Shown piece after piece: positions 39,966 to 54,269 of a stretch of DNA of 64,000 nt (position 1 is its first letter; every line of letters begins with the position of its first letter). The translations under genes were made by a program, and so were the position numbers. Source of the stretch: Ginglymostoma cirratum (taxonomy: Eukaryota); NCBI GenBank assembly GCA_024137785.1, contig JAHRHZ010000084.1, positions 6,845,573 through 6,909,572 of the forward strand. Reading direction: 5' to 3'. The notes beneath the pieces were generated by a model. It was not told the origin of the DNA. It searched no databases and saw only the letters and a program-made list of their open reading frames with translations.

Positions 39966-40648
39966 TGGACATGCCACGCATCTCGCCATAACCCACGCTT
40001 CTCAGCGTTTGGTAAGATTCTTCCCAGTGACATACAACCGTCAATATTGAGCTGACAAATTTTACAACCCTCAATCAGTACCCCGTCTCCAACCAGTGCG
40101 AATATTTCTCAGGTAAACATCCCACAATTTGAAAACTTTATCACAGACATAGGAATGTTTGTGCTCAATTGCATTGGACAAATTTTAATTGGTGCATTTT
40201 GCACAATCAATTCTGATATCTTTGTAGGCGCTGAAGGTGTCTCTGTCGACTCGATATTCAGGCAAAACAACGTAGGCGTTGTACTTTTAATTGACTTTTG
40301 CTCTTTTTAACAAATGGACAGATTATTTAATAAATGGACAAATTATTTAATCTGGTACGGGCCATAATGGAAACAAAAACAAGGCATGGTTCCAATGCAT
40401 ACCATGATGATCTCGTCTGTCTGATACATTTGGTGAGAAATTTAATTCGATTCTTTGCTGCTGAGCTTAGCCACTGTCAGAATCTCCTACGTGTTTTGAC
40501 AAGATTATAAAATGTAAACGAAAGGAGAATAAGGGTAAGCAATATAACACATTACCCTGGTCATAGCTATGTTGTAAGAGCGCTACTCGAGCATACCAAT
40601 GCAACTACACTCCTTTGCAAGAAAGCTACAACTTTCTTTTCGGTCATT

Positions 40649-40945
40649 GTGCCCCAAGCCAGTTGAAAATTACCCCCATTAAAAGGTTCTCAGTGGTTTC
40701 TCCAAAACTCGAGTGGAGAACGATCGCCTTTTATCCAGAGGATGTAGGAATCCCCTGGCTAAGGGATGCTGTCACAATTCTGGCCGGAATGGAAACTGTG
40801 AAAAAGAAGACCGTGGATCGGCTGTATGAGGTGTCCAGTTCATTGGAAGAAGCATAGCCCGTGCGGAGTGGTGTAGTTCATACCCGCTAGGCATCTCATG
40901 TCTGTCTTAAGGTGCCTGCCAGTGTCAGCTACACGATCAGTAATG
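40649..40945 (+). pseudogene. Locus B C1 exon, inactivated
   Basis: Colinear homolog of A exon 3 (AFYPEDVGIPWLRD, LYEVSSSLEE). No AG acceptor, both canonical Cys lost (to W and R), TAG stops at 40855 and 40888. Confidence 0.9.
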
Positions 40946-41869
40946 GTAAGATAGAACACATTTTCAGTGGGGCACACACTCGAACCTGATATACAGAGGA
41001 TAGTGGGTGTGTGGATTATGTTATTCTCAGTGAAACTATGGGAAATCAATAAAAACTGTGAAGGTAAACGATAGTTGAAGTAGGAAAAATATTTTCTGGA
41101 ATAAATCGGAAACGTTTATGTTGACCAAAAGTTGAAAGGTTTTGCCAGATCAAACATGCCTATTATGCTTACAAAGCATCTGCTTTAACAAAATTTTTAC
41201 CAGATTCTCTGTAAAACGTTAAGTGACAGCTTTCAAGCACATTCCCTCCCTCACTCATATAAGTCAACATGACTGATCTGTTTCTCTTGCATACATGCCT
41301 CCCGCAAATATCTTCTATTCCCTGGAATTATGACTTTACTGGTTTCCTGTTATCTTTGAGTTACTATAAATTGCTCAGATACGAAGACATCTTCCTAGCT
41401 CGATTATAGTAGCAGTTAAGGTTATAGGTCCTTTACTTCAATTAATGGGATTGCAAGAATCGTTTAATCGTTAGCACTGCGAGGGCAAACTGATAGAATG
41501 GCAGAAAGTACTTGACAAAAGTCGATAAGTTGTTTTAGGAAGAGCGAATCAGCTTTGGGGAACATCTACCTGGGTGAAAATCGAGAAACATCATTCTGAT
41601 ATATTTAGCAACCAGACTACAGCGTAATATACAGAAAGCTAGATTATTGGTAATTTTGATCGTAAAGCAACAGGTTTGGGAGACACAATTGTCTAGTTGT
41701 ATTTTATGATCGGGGGATTTAGAGGAATACGCATGCTTTTATTACCCATGGAAGAAAATATGTTGGATGTGACTCTCACACTGCCCATTTGCCTCCATTG
41801 CTAATGATACCAGCTAAAGATTTCACAGGTTGTAGTTCATCAGAAAAAAAACACGAGTAGAAACTGAAG

Positions 41870-42755
41870 AGAAGCCGAAAGAACTGTGGATGCTGTAAAT
41901 CAGGAACAACAACAAAATTGCCGGAAAAGCTCAGCAGGTCTGGCAGCATCTGAGAAGGAAAAAGTAGAGTGAACGTTTCGGGTCCATTGACTCTTCCTGA
42001 GAACTGATGGTGGCTTGAAAACGTCAGTTTACATACAGAAAAAAGGGGAGGGAATGGGGTAGGGAGTAAACGATAGGACAGAGCCTAAAGTGAGAGAACA
42101 GCAGTTGGACAGACTAAGAATTTGTAACGATCAGGCTGGGAGGGTGATTGGTTGTTAATGGAGACTATTGGTGACTAATAGCAGGTAGTGTGTAATAGCA
42201 GGCTATGTGGTAACAAGGCCTGGTGTGTCTGGTAGGGGGCTGGGACATGGGAGAGTTTAGGCCCTAAAATTATTGAACTCGATATTGAGTCTGGAGTCTG
42301 CAGGGTCCCCCAGGGGAAAATGAGGTGTCGTTCTTCTAGCTTGAGTTGACCTTCGCTTGAACACTGCAGCAAGCCAGAGACAGATGTTGGCCAGGGAACG
42401 GGGTGGTGTGTTAATGTGGCAGGCAATGCGTAGTGCAGCGTCTTTTTTGCGAGAAGAATGTAGATGTTCTGCGAAGCAATCACCTAGTCTACCTTTCATT
42501 TCCCCAATGTACAGGAGACCACATTGTGAGCAGCGAATGCAGTAGACTAGATTCTGGGAAGTGCAAGTGAATTGTTGCTTTACCTAGAAGGCATGTTTGA
42601 CCCCTTAGATACTGGGGAGGGAGGAGGTAATTGGGCAGGTGTTGCACCTTCGCCGGTTACAAGGGAAGGTGCCATAGGGCTGGTGGGGAGGGGGGTGGTT
42701 TTAGGGGTGAATGAAGTGTAGACTAGGGTGTCCCGGAGGGAACTGTCCCTGCGGT
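41870..42755 (-). mobile_element. Penelope-like 3-prime fragment (GIY-YIG plus terminal repeat)
   Basis: MKGRLGDCFAEHLHS and LEERHLIFPWGTLQ. Confidence 0.8.
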
Positions 42756-45700
42756 CCCTGTACAGAAGCCGACAGCCTCATAAAATCGCGCTATCACCAA
42801 AAGTAGACGATATTGGAAGTGGATTACATCATAGCAGGTGCAGACATGGTGCTTATTTTGCAGAGCATATTGTTCGTCTATTATGTAGATACTTTATCAG
42901 CAATGTAAATTCGAGCTTCTTGAAATCAGTATGTTAAGTGACCTATTTCACTTCTACGAACGAATCCTCGTCGTATCCAATAGATAATCCTTGCACACAT
43001 CTATTTTATAAACTTGTTTTAATTCTGCACTGTAGAGAACAGTTTCCATGTAATTGCAATTGCGCGATTTCCTGTGAGTTTCATCATAATTCTTGGAATG
43101 ACGGGCATTATTATGTATCATGTAAAAAACAGTTTCAACAGAAGCTGAGTGAACACTTTTCTAACTTGTAAAATTTAACCTAATTTTCCAACCAACCCGT
43201 TCAGAGATGCTATTTCACACCCTGTGGCACACGTGGGACTTGAATCCCGCCTTCGCGGTCCAGGTGTAGGGACAGCACTACTTTTAACTCAGTAAGCCAC
43301 ATTCAAAGCAGATTCACAGGTAGCATAAATAGGCTGCGATGGGGAAATGTGCTTCTGTAAAAAGCACAGTTTTAGAAATTGACATATATGATTACTTGCT
43401 TGCTACCAAATGCTTTCAGCCTGAAACGTTGACATTCCTGCTCCTCGGAACCTGTGCTTTTCCAGCCTCACAGCTTTCGAGTCTGGCTTCCAGCATCTGC
43501 AGTCCTTATTTTCTCCAAGTTAAAGAAGGTTTAGGTATGAATCTTTATATTTAGCTTGGATGATAAGACACAGGATGAAACGTAAACTGTTTCTCTTTGC
43601 AGAGGTGGTAAGTATATCCAAAGTGTTTGTTTTCATTCCAGATTTCATTAATTTCAACACGAAGTAAACTTTATCACAAGATAAGTAATAAAAGAATGGA
43701 GGTCAATTGTGTGCCTTGACTTAATTGGGACTTCTTTCAATAGAAACGTCTCTTTTCAAGTTCTCATTTGATCAAAGGGACTTGTACACAAAATTTATAC
43801 AATGTCAGCTGAACGTACTGCTATTCAATCGAGTGTCTAAAATCTTTAATAGAGGTTTTTCTGCTCTATAGAATGAATAGAAAATTGGGCTAAAGGGCTC
43901 TATTCGCAGTACTGACCGTTTATGTACCAGGAATATACCTCAACCAAACTTCTTTATTTATTTCACTGTTGTTTGCCATGGCCAATAATCCATTTCATCT
44001 AATAAGTACTATTTGGACTTCCGTAACCAGAAAATTCATTGTATCAATGCAAATTCTTCCTTATTCTTTAAAAAGTTTGTATGAATGGTTGAATAATCCA
44101 TCACATATGTGCTATTTTCCCAGTGTTCTTTGACATTATTCCTTCAATTGCTACGAAAATTGCAAAGATAGTCAACTGGAAGAAGCACTTAATGTGATAC
44201 ACTTCTAACTCATTCTCAAGAGATAGATGTTGCTGAGTGGGCTGGAATCGTCCATCACTAATTAACCTGGGGGAGGAGACTGCAAAGCGATTTTCTGAAA
44301 AGCAGTAGTCTTTGCTGTTTGAGGATACCCAATGTACTATTATGAATGGAGTTCTAGGATTCTGAGCTGTTTTCGTGATGCTAGCTTCATAGGGTTCTCC
44401 TCATATTCCTTTAAGGCATGGATACTAGGTGTGGTGCTGTCACGTTTTATTTCTTGTGAACTGCTGGGGTTTGGTGGTAGAGTAAAGACTGGCATGTATC
44501 AAACTGTTGACCTCCAATACAACTTAGGTAGAGGTCTCTAGATATTGTTCACAACAGAACAAAATCCTAATTGCTTATGCATGACAGCTTTGCACAATGT
44601 TATCCTGCACTCTCTGACAGCTCGGGTCAGTTTTAACTTTTTCTATGCAGCCGAATTGATGACATCAGGGAAAGATCAGCATAAAATACCACCCTGCTTT
44701 GGAAATGTACGTGGCTTTTCCTTCACTATCGAATGGTCAAATTCCTATTACTCTTTTCCAACTAGCAGTATGGGCATACCTAAACCAACTGGGGTGCGGT
44801 GGTTTAATAGGCGTCACGCTACTCAAGAATAATTGGAGTTCATTAGTAAATGCCAGTGAAGCCCAGGTCGCCTGAACGATTTCTTTTTTAAAAAGTGGAA
44901 AATATCATATGGCATTTCTAACATGCATGGGTCGCTGCTATCCCATCGATTCCTGAAAATATGGCTGTATTCTAAGTGAAAATGTAATTACTTTTCGGCA
45001 TAACATTATATAGAATGCAGAAAATGCTGATGTTGATGTTACAATTTGGATTTTTATACATATCTACAGGAAAAAGAAATATGTTTTGTCTTGTGAAGGG
45101 GTTAAATGTCAGGGGATAGAGATTTTCGGTGATTGTTAGGCGACTAAAAGAGACACGAGGAAAGATTTTTTTCCCTCAGAGGATGGGACGGGTCTAGAAT
45201 TCGCATTCAAAATTTACTGCTTGAGGCCGAAAAACTCGATTCATTTGAAAGGAACGTGGACTTGCAACTGAAACACTACAATGTTTCATTTTGTTGCTTG
45301 CTGCTGGGAAGGGCGATGAAAATGAGGGACTTTTTTTGATCACTGCAGACACGATCGTCTGATTGGCCAGTTCTGAAGAAGAATCGTACTGAACTGGTAA
45401 AGTAAATTGTGTATCTCTCTCCAAAGTCTCTGCTGTGCTTCTTCATCGCTATATTATATTTGTTACACAGACACAATAATCTTGACTCTAAGAGCATTCT
45501 AAAAATGACAGTTGTGACAAATATAAACTTAGGAAGCTAATTTTAGATTGGAAGTTATAGTGTATTTATTTAAGATCAAGACTTCAGTCCGAGTTCCGCT
45601 AAATTTATTGACAATTTAATAATTATTGTCATATCAATGGAATGTTATTATTGTTGAAAGTTCCTCCACTTTAATGTTACCTTGACTATGAGCCAGTTGA

Positions 45701-46549
45701 GTGTCTATCTGCGTATCTCAAATGATAGAGGCAGCATCTGCTAAAGTAACTCTTTTAGGAACATTCTTGATGATCAAACAATGTGAAAAGTGTGTGTGTG
45801 TAAAATAAAATTTTTAAAAAACAAAGAAAAGTACGTAAATTAAGAAAATATTCCTCATATATTTCCTCATAGTCAGCCGAACAACTATGATATTCTGCGG
45901 CCCTGTAATTCATAATTACTTGAGGGCAATGTTATTTTTTATTGAAGTAGAAGACAGCGTGTTAAGATCCAGTACAGATGGAAAAGCAAAGAATAAACAT
46001 ACGAAAGGGAAGAAAGTGCCTCAGTTGAGACAGATGAAGACGTCTTAAAATTATGTGAATCATCAAGATTTGAATTAAATTCAGATTAGTTATAGAGCGC
46101 TTGGCTGTCTCTTTTAATTAACTGTCTATTGGCCAATTTTTGTGCAGTAAGGTCAGATAAGAGTTAATTGCATTTTTAGTGAACTGGTTAAGAATGATCC
46201 CATTAAATGCTTCAGGTGGCACATCAATACTTATTAGATAATCTCCTTTATGATGGTCAGTGGATAGCACAGCATAGTTTCAGATCCTAAAATATTTTGA
46301 TTTGTCTGCAGTTGTACAATATTTAACGCCAAATTTAGATGTTTCAATATTCATTAAAACTGTAGAAATAATATTTCAATTAAATTTCTATGCCCATTGG
46401 CATTATCTCTGAAACATTGTGTATCATCCTAGATCTGTTCATAATTTCATGGTATATGCCTTTATCTATCTGCTTTGGCTCAATCGAGCCACATGGTGTA
46501 AAATACTAAAATCCTCATCGAATAAATTTATGTCGAACATATCTTATTG

Positions 46550-49439
46550 GATTAATCAATAAAAATCTCTAATTGTGTGATTATCACGAAACTAAATCAT
46601 GCAAGAAATGTTAATTTCTCTGCTAAGCCTCCATGACAGAACCAACGTCAAGGAACTCCTGTGCTGATCTCATCTCCACTAATGTAAGTGTCACAGAATC
46701 ATCTTCCCATGACAGTGTTAAATGAATGATTACGTCGCAGCACTTGTGGATGGACAGAGTTAGTGAGAGTATCTTCCATCAGGTTGTATGGTACTACAAG
46801 CCTTGCTAAATAGTTTATATTCTGAACAGAGCTGGCAGCTCAAAACATGAGCTGTTTTCCATCAGCAGATGCATTAGATTTGGATTTGTCTGTTGCTCTA
46901 TAGCCGAGAATATCTCTGTTGCTACACTAACCATCAATTCCATCAACCAATTCTGGTGCTATGTGCAACATATGAAAGCAAATCAGGAGTAGAAACAAGC
47001 ATAACTAACAGAGATCATCCACTGGGCAAGACAACAATGCAGGATCATATATGTATGGTGCAGTGGACAGAACACTCATAGAAAGAACTAACAGTCCCAC
47101 AATGAATGAAACAGATCATAGCTCACTAGTCTTTCGAATCCATGGAGAATGGAACAGCCAACACCATCAGAAGGCTAAGCAAACATGTTGGTCAATGATA
47201 CAGAAACCCAACATTCCATACTGATGCTCATAGGTATTTAAAGCAAAATTCAGCCTGAAGCACCTGCAGTCGAGTCAAACCAGCCTCTTCCTAAATTGCA
47301 ACCCCAAAACAGATAATCTTCAGAAACTTTATTCACACCACACGATGTCAAAAAATGACAGAACACGTTGATAAATTTGGTGCTGGAAAAGCAAAGCAGG
47401 TCAGACAGCATCCGAGGAGCGGGGAAGTCAACGTTTCGGCGAGAAACGCTGGCTTCTCCGCTGCTCGGGTGGTCTCAGAAATTCTGTGCTTTTCCAGACC
47501 ACATTTAAGGACTCCAGCTTCCAGTGTCTGCAGTCCTTACTGTCACCAGGTGACTGAACACGTTGGTTGCTAAAAATACCTCGGCAAATTCTTAGCTATA
47601 CTAATTAAAACTTCTGATTCTGGATCAGCGATCAGTTTCCAAGCTGTTATTCTACACCTGCACAACTGACAGCTACCTGGTAATGTGTAAAATCATCTGT
47701 GTAACCCCTGATAACAAAATTAGGAGAACACACGAGCAGGAGATGCCAGATCGGCCATCCAAGCCATTCAACACAATGACTGCTGATTCTACATTGATCC
47801 CTTTCTTACTTTCTTTACCAGCTCCCCCACATTTTTATCCCTTCGTTCTGAGGAACTATATCTAACTCTTTGTTGAAAAGGGGCAGGACAGGTAGGGTTC
47901 TCAATGGTACGATAGTACAGAACCAAGTGAATAGGATGCCAGGTTGGCCAGTAAGTTGGGTCCCATCTCATTACAGTAAATCAGGTGCCGGGTAATCATA
48001 CAAGATTATTGATTACCAACTGGATATGGTGCCACGTCAGTAGGATGACAGCGTGTCAGGTACATAGGATATCAAATGAGTATGGATTATGTTGCCATAA
48101 GGAGAGTTCCAGAGTAAGGAGAATGGGAGGAAACTTCCAGGCTGCAACTTGGAAATTGGGAGTTAAATTTTCCTTTTTTCATTCACAGGATGTGGGTATC
48201 TCTGGCATGGCCAACATTTTTAGCCTACCACTAATTGCCAAAAGGGCAGTTGGAACGTCAACCACATTGCTGTGGCTCTGTAGTCAAATGATGGCCAGAT
48301 ACTACTGGCGTCAATTGGAAAAGTTTAACATGCATTCCCAATAGGGGATTTTAACCTCTATTTCCAAGGATGTGTTGAGAGCATTCCATTTATCCAAGAT
48401 AACTACGCCGTCAGGGATAGACTTGCGAGCTGAATGCAAGTTCTGTGTTACAATTTAAACACAATTACTTTGTTCATTTGAAACTTTAGCAGGAGACAGC
48501 CCAGTGCATTAAGTCAAGAAACATTACTTCGAAAAAAAAGGACAAAATAATTAATGGGCATTCTAAAGTCCTTGCTTTCTGATTCAGCTTAGGGCTCAGT
48601 GATGACATATAATTTCAGATCTCCTTTGCATACATCATCTTCTGTATTCAACTGTACAGCGGGATAATTTCAATTGATGCGGATCTTTGTCACTGAAAAC
48701 AACTAAAAACCAAAAGAACTGCGGATGCTGTAAATCAGGAACAAAAACAAAGTTGCCGGAAAATCTCAGCAGGTCTGGCAGCATCTGTGGAGGAGAAAAC
48801 AAAGTTAACGTTTCGGTTCCGGTGACCCTTCCTCAGACCCTTCCACTGAAAACAACTGCTTATTAACTCTGTCCAAGTCACAACCACAACCGGATCAATA
48901 TCATAACGTACTGATTGATCTCGCTGATGCAGATTTTGTTTTGGTAATTTGTTTAAGAAACATACAATCAATAACTAATTGGCTCTTAAGGATGCTATAC
49001 CTGGCCTCATGTCACTGCCAGCTATCTCCTGATTGGTTCTTTGAGATGCTACTAAAACACTATTCACCTTCTTCATTAAGCTTTGTTACTATTACTTCCA
49101 TTTTTAGTAAGAAGGAGATAATTTATGATACTCTCTTTGTGCATTTGTTTAAGGGAAGGAGATGCATCCTGTTGAGACTGAATGGTCAAAACATTTTAAG
49201 CTCATAATTAATACCATATTCAAACTTCTTTTCGTTTCTTTGGCACAGCTGCCGCTAAATCAGAGACCTATCCAAAGATAACAATGTGTAGAGCTGGATG
49301 AACACAGCAGGCCAAGCAGCATCAGAGGAGCAGGAAAGCTGACGTTTCGGGCCTAGACCCTCCTTTTTATTTTGTTTTTGTTTTCTCTCAGATGCCACTT
49401 CATAGATGATGTCTCTCTCCCCATTCCCCTCTCTCACAC

Positions 49440-49473
<34 letters not shown>

Positions 49474-50860
49474 TTTCTCTCTCTCTTTCTCTCTCAGTGG
49501 CATTTGCGTAAAGGGATTTTTTAAAACTTAAATACATTTGAACACAAATTATATTGACCTGAAAAGGCTGCTCACGACCTCAAAACTATATGACATTAAT
49601 ATAGATCACAGTGTACTAATCTAAACAAATTATTACAGACAGTGCAAAAAATGCAAAGAGGTGAAATGTTATTACACGTTTCATGCCATGCACAATCTTG
49701 CATAATATAAATTTAAATGATTGTATATGTTCAAACTTAAACGCACATTGTTACATAATTATCTCTTACAAAAGGTTCGTTTAGTCTAAATATAAGTTTA
49801 GTCACTTATAATGGCTTCACACATGAAATAAATTAAAACAAAGCAGGGGCACCGCTGCACCCATGATTTTCAGTGACTTTTTTTGCCTTCTTAAAACTCA
49901 ATACGGGCCTAATAAACTGAAATGATATTAACACGGACTTTCTCAACCTTGAAAGCAGCACATTCTCAACAACAGGAAATGGGAATTAAATCAGGAAACT
50001 GGTGGCCTAGACTCTGAAACATAACGTATCATCTTCAATCTGTTCAGAATCTTCTGGAGTATTCCTTCAATTCTTGGCTTTGGCTAATGAAATCAGATGA
50101 TATTATATTCTAAAATTTGTACTGAATGCAGTTAAACAAAAAGGTGTGCATTATTAGATTAATCAATTAAAATTCTTTGTGTGCGTGATTGTCAATGAAC
50201 TAAATCAGTTAGGAAATGCTAGTTTGCCTGCCAATTGTCTATGAGAGAACGAACCTGTCCTGACCTCATCCCTAATGATCAAAATGTCGCAGATTCCCTT
50301 CCCGTGGCAGGGTTGGATGGAATTATTTCCACAGAGCTGTTGTGGAGACCTAGAACCGAAGAGGGTAACGTCCATTGGACTGTGTGGCACCAAAAGCCTT
50401 GCTGAATGGTTAGTATACTGAACACAGCCAGCAGCTTAAATCTTGGCATCCATGAGATGCTTTGGTTTTGCAGATGCATTAGTGTTGTATTTAACGGCAA
50501 TCCTTAATATTATGGCCCTGCATATCCTTAACAATTATATTGCCATCAATGTAAAAAAATAAATTCTGTTGCAATATGCAACACAGGAGTGTAAGTCAGG
50601 AGCATAAACAAGTTACCTAAAGCAGAGTACCCTCGGGGCAAAACTACAATGCAGGATCGTGTGTGCATTATACAGTGGGTGCATAAACAATTAACCAGTC
50701 CCACAATAAATGAATCTGATCATAGCTCACTAGTCTTTCCAAAACTATTAGTAAATGTCCATGGACAAACAACCGAGTAATAGTAACAGGGGGCTGCACA
50801 AACCTCTCCGTCAATGATCCACCAGCCAACATTCCACGCTAAAGCCTATAGATATTCAAA
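46550..50860 (+). repeat. Old ~700-bp direct repeat (about 46550-47243 and 50157-50860)
   Basis: Colinear anchors ATTAATCAAT, ACTAAATCA, CAATGCAGGATC, GATCATAGCTCACTAGTCTTTC and AACATTCCA; diverged in between. Confidence 0.75.
49441..49495. repeat. (CA)n / (CT)n microsatellite
   Basis: About 15 CA units followed by a CT run. Confidence 0.9.
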
Positions 50861-53354
50861 GTGTAGGACAATGTGAAGTGGTGCTGATGGAGAGAGAGGT
50901 TTAAGAGTGTGCATGTGGTGGCACGTGGCACCGAGTATGGACGTGAGATGAGGTAGGATCAGTTGAATTTATTGCTGACTACTTCTCCAGCTCTTCCCCA
51001 AGATTAGGGAGGATTAAAAAACTCTGGTAAACCTCCCCATCCAGTCTCCGCCGCCTCATGTCCACCCTTCCTTGCATTTGCAGTGCAAGAAGCAAGCCAT
51101 CTAAACCAAACACCCAACCACTCTTAGGGCAAACAGCCTTTCCAGTGCATCCTGGCCAGACCATTTCACATAATTTATTCATTCTACCCTCTCTACTTCT
51201 GCATAGTGTTGGTTCGCATCTTCTGCTGAGATTAACATCAGTCAAAATATTCATTAAATTCTCTAACTTTGCATGTGGTCTCTTAGCATAATTCACTGAA
51301 ATGTGCCAATAGCTACCAAGAAATGTTTTGGCATCTGCTTACTAACTGAAGGTTGTAGAAGACATTTCAGCTCTATTTTATTACAACAGCGATTCAGTTC
51401 TTCGACTTTCTTTGCCAGTATTATTTTCATCTTCAGTTTTACTATTATTTTACTGTGTTTGGTCTATGTAGGTATTTATAATTGTGTGAATTTTAATATT
51501 TATATACATGTTCTCGTATGTTAATGTGTGCCTGACTGTCTATGTACGCTTATATATATTTATTTATCTCTGTGCACTTGTGCCGGTGAATCCTATAAAT
51601 TCCTATTCAGCCATCATCTCTTTGTTGGTTTATCTTCATTGGCTTCTGATCTAGCAACAACTTTATTTTAAAATTCTCGTCTCTGATTTTCAAATTCCTT
51701 TCATACCTTGTTCTTGCTCTAATTATCATCTCTTGTTCATCTCTAATTTTCATCATTTGTGGATATAACCTGGGGTGCAAAGTCCCAAAGTTCTGTAATT
51801 CAATCCCAAAAAACTCTGCCTGTCTGCTCTTTTAAACCTGCCATTTTATCAAGTACTGGTATCTGACGTTATTCAGATTTTTAAAAAAGTTGATAACGTT
51901 CCCTGTGAAGCGCCTGATGTACCTTTTCCATACGCTACATAATTGTTTTATTGTTACATGCATGAACATGAGACGATGCAGCCGTCGTTCTTTAGTTTTG
52001 TTTTTTTTTGCCTCAATTCGTCCTTTTCTGTTTAAATTCTTCTCATTTGTCACTTATTCCATTCTGATTGGCCTCAGTGAAATCTATTTTTGGCATTTTT
52101 TATATCACACAATTGTTGGCGGTCAAGTGTGTAATCTTGCAACTTATCTACTAAAATAGGTTAAAACTCCTAGCTCGTTTTTATTTTCATTTAGTTAATT
52201 ATTGCTGTCATTTGGAGATTAGAAGTTAATCATTGCTTAATTGTAAAATGGAAATACTTGTGGTTTGACGCTGTGTGCGTCTCAGCACGTGCTCGTTAAC
52301 ACCTCGCTCAAGTTACCTTGTTTGACGCTTCAAAGAAGTATAATTTAAGAAATGTATTTGTAATTTAACATCTGTCAACCAAACATTTCTGCAATCGCTC
52401 TGCAATGTCCAAGTTTAGCAATTCTTCAGCGTGCTGGTTCTAAAAAGCAATATGCGAAGCCATTATCCCGAAGTCAACTCAATGATCGTTGTCATTATGA
52501 GTTTGTCGTTCGCTCAATACCCGCTGCTGCTTCATTCTGGGCCGGTTACCTGTGCTGTCAGTGGTGTTTCACATCGCCTTACACTTCCATTTACTCCTCC
52601 ATTTATAGGGTAAGAAGTCAGGTTCCAAGTCCAATTAAAACAGAATAGAAATCAGACCGCATGAATTGCCTACTGACAAGGTTAAGTATGATTCATTTTA
52701 GAGAAAAATATTTTCTTTTCCTTTGAGAACATCTAACAGAGAATCAGTTATGTTTTTCTTTCGAGGCAATCACTGAACAATTGACTACGTCCAGAGAACT
52801 AAATTATTCTCTATTAAGTTACATCTCGCTAGAAAACATTAGGAAAAATGACAGTTATATCCAGTTTTAATGGAGAATAAAACTATGGCTCAAAAATTTC
52901 TCAGTGAAATGAAATGTCGAATATTTTAGATTGCACATTCCAACGTAATGCTCTAGCTGTGATAGAAAATAACATAATACAATTCACCCGATGATTTTCG
53001 GCAGCGCGTTTTGCGGCCACTTTAGCTAACAAAGTGCTGTATAGCTAACTTGACATGATTGACATGTCTACATTTATTATGTTGTCACTGTCACATTGGA
53101 AACATAGTTCTCACGCTGCACATAAAAAAGCCACACGAACGGAAACATTATGGTGAGCAGATAACATACTTCAGTGAGGGAGTTGAAGGATGAACATCAG
53201 CCGGGACACAAACAATACGATGAGTGATTATGCTAAGCGTCTTTTATTCACGTCTTTTTGAATTTCACAAGAGGACACCGTTATGGTATGTCATCGTAAG
53301 TATACCACTAACTGATTACTATGCAACGCAGAAGATACATAACACAGTGATAGC

Positions 53355-54210
53355 AAGAACTGCAGTTGCTGGAATCAGAGATTACGTAGTGTTGAGCTGG
53401 AGGAACATAGCAAACAAGGCAGATTCAGAGGAACAGGGAAGCTGACGTTTCTAGTCGGGACCCTTCTTCAGAAATGGGGAGGGATGCTCAGAAATAAATA
53501 GAGGAAGGGTGGGGCTAGGGAAGGTAGGTGGGATGGTGATAGGTGAATGCATACAGGCAGTGATCGGGATTGGTTAGTGAGGTGCGAGTGCCAGATAGGT
53601 GAGAGAGAAGATAGACATGTCAGATGCGTCAGGTCAAGGAGACGGTGAGAGGAGGGAGGGTTGATCATGGGGTGAGGCTGGGGTGAGGGGAAGAATTTTG
53701 AAACTGGTAAAATCGACATTCAGGCCCTCGGGCTTAGGCTGCCCAGGCGGCATATGAGGCGCGGCTCCTCCAGATTGCAGGTGGCTTCATTGTGACGCTA
53801 GGGAAGGCCCAGAATGGACATGTTATCCTGGGAGTGGGAGGGGGAGTTAAAATGTTTCGCGACCGAAAGGTAGTATTGTTTGCCGAGTGTAGAGCGCAGA
53901 TGCTTAACAAAACGGTCTCCGAGTCTACACTTGGTCTCACCGATGTAGAGGAGGCCACATTGGGTGCAACGGATGCCGTAGACCAAGTTAACAGATGTGC
54001 AGGTGAACCCACGTCTGATGTCGAAGGTTCGTTTTTCCCTCGAAAGGAGGTGAAGGGGTATGTGTAGGGGCAGGTGTAGAACTTCCTGGTTGCAGGGAAA
54101 GGTGCCTGGTGTGTGGAGTTAGTGGAGTCAGTGGGGAGTGTGGAGTGGACGAGGGAGACGCGGAGAGAGCAGTCCGTACGAAAGGCAGATAGGGATGGGG
54201 AGATAAATAT
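53355..54210 (-). mobile_element. Penelope-like 3-prime fragment, specific to duplication copy 2
   Basis: MVYGIRCTQCGLLYIGETKCRLGDRF is a GIY-YIG motif. Confidence 0.88.
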
Positions 54211-54269
54211 ACAATCCGGACCCACAACCAAACATATATTTCCGTGGCAGATCCCCCCGACTTGATGTT

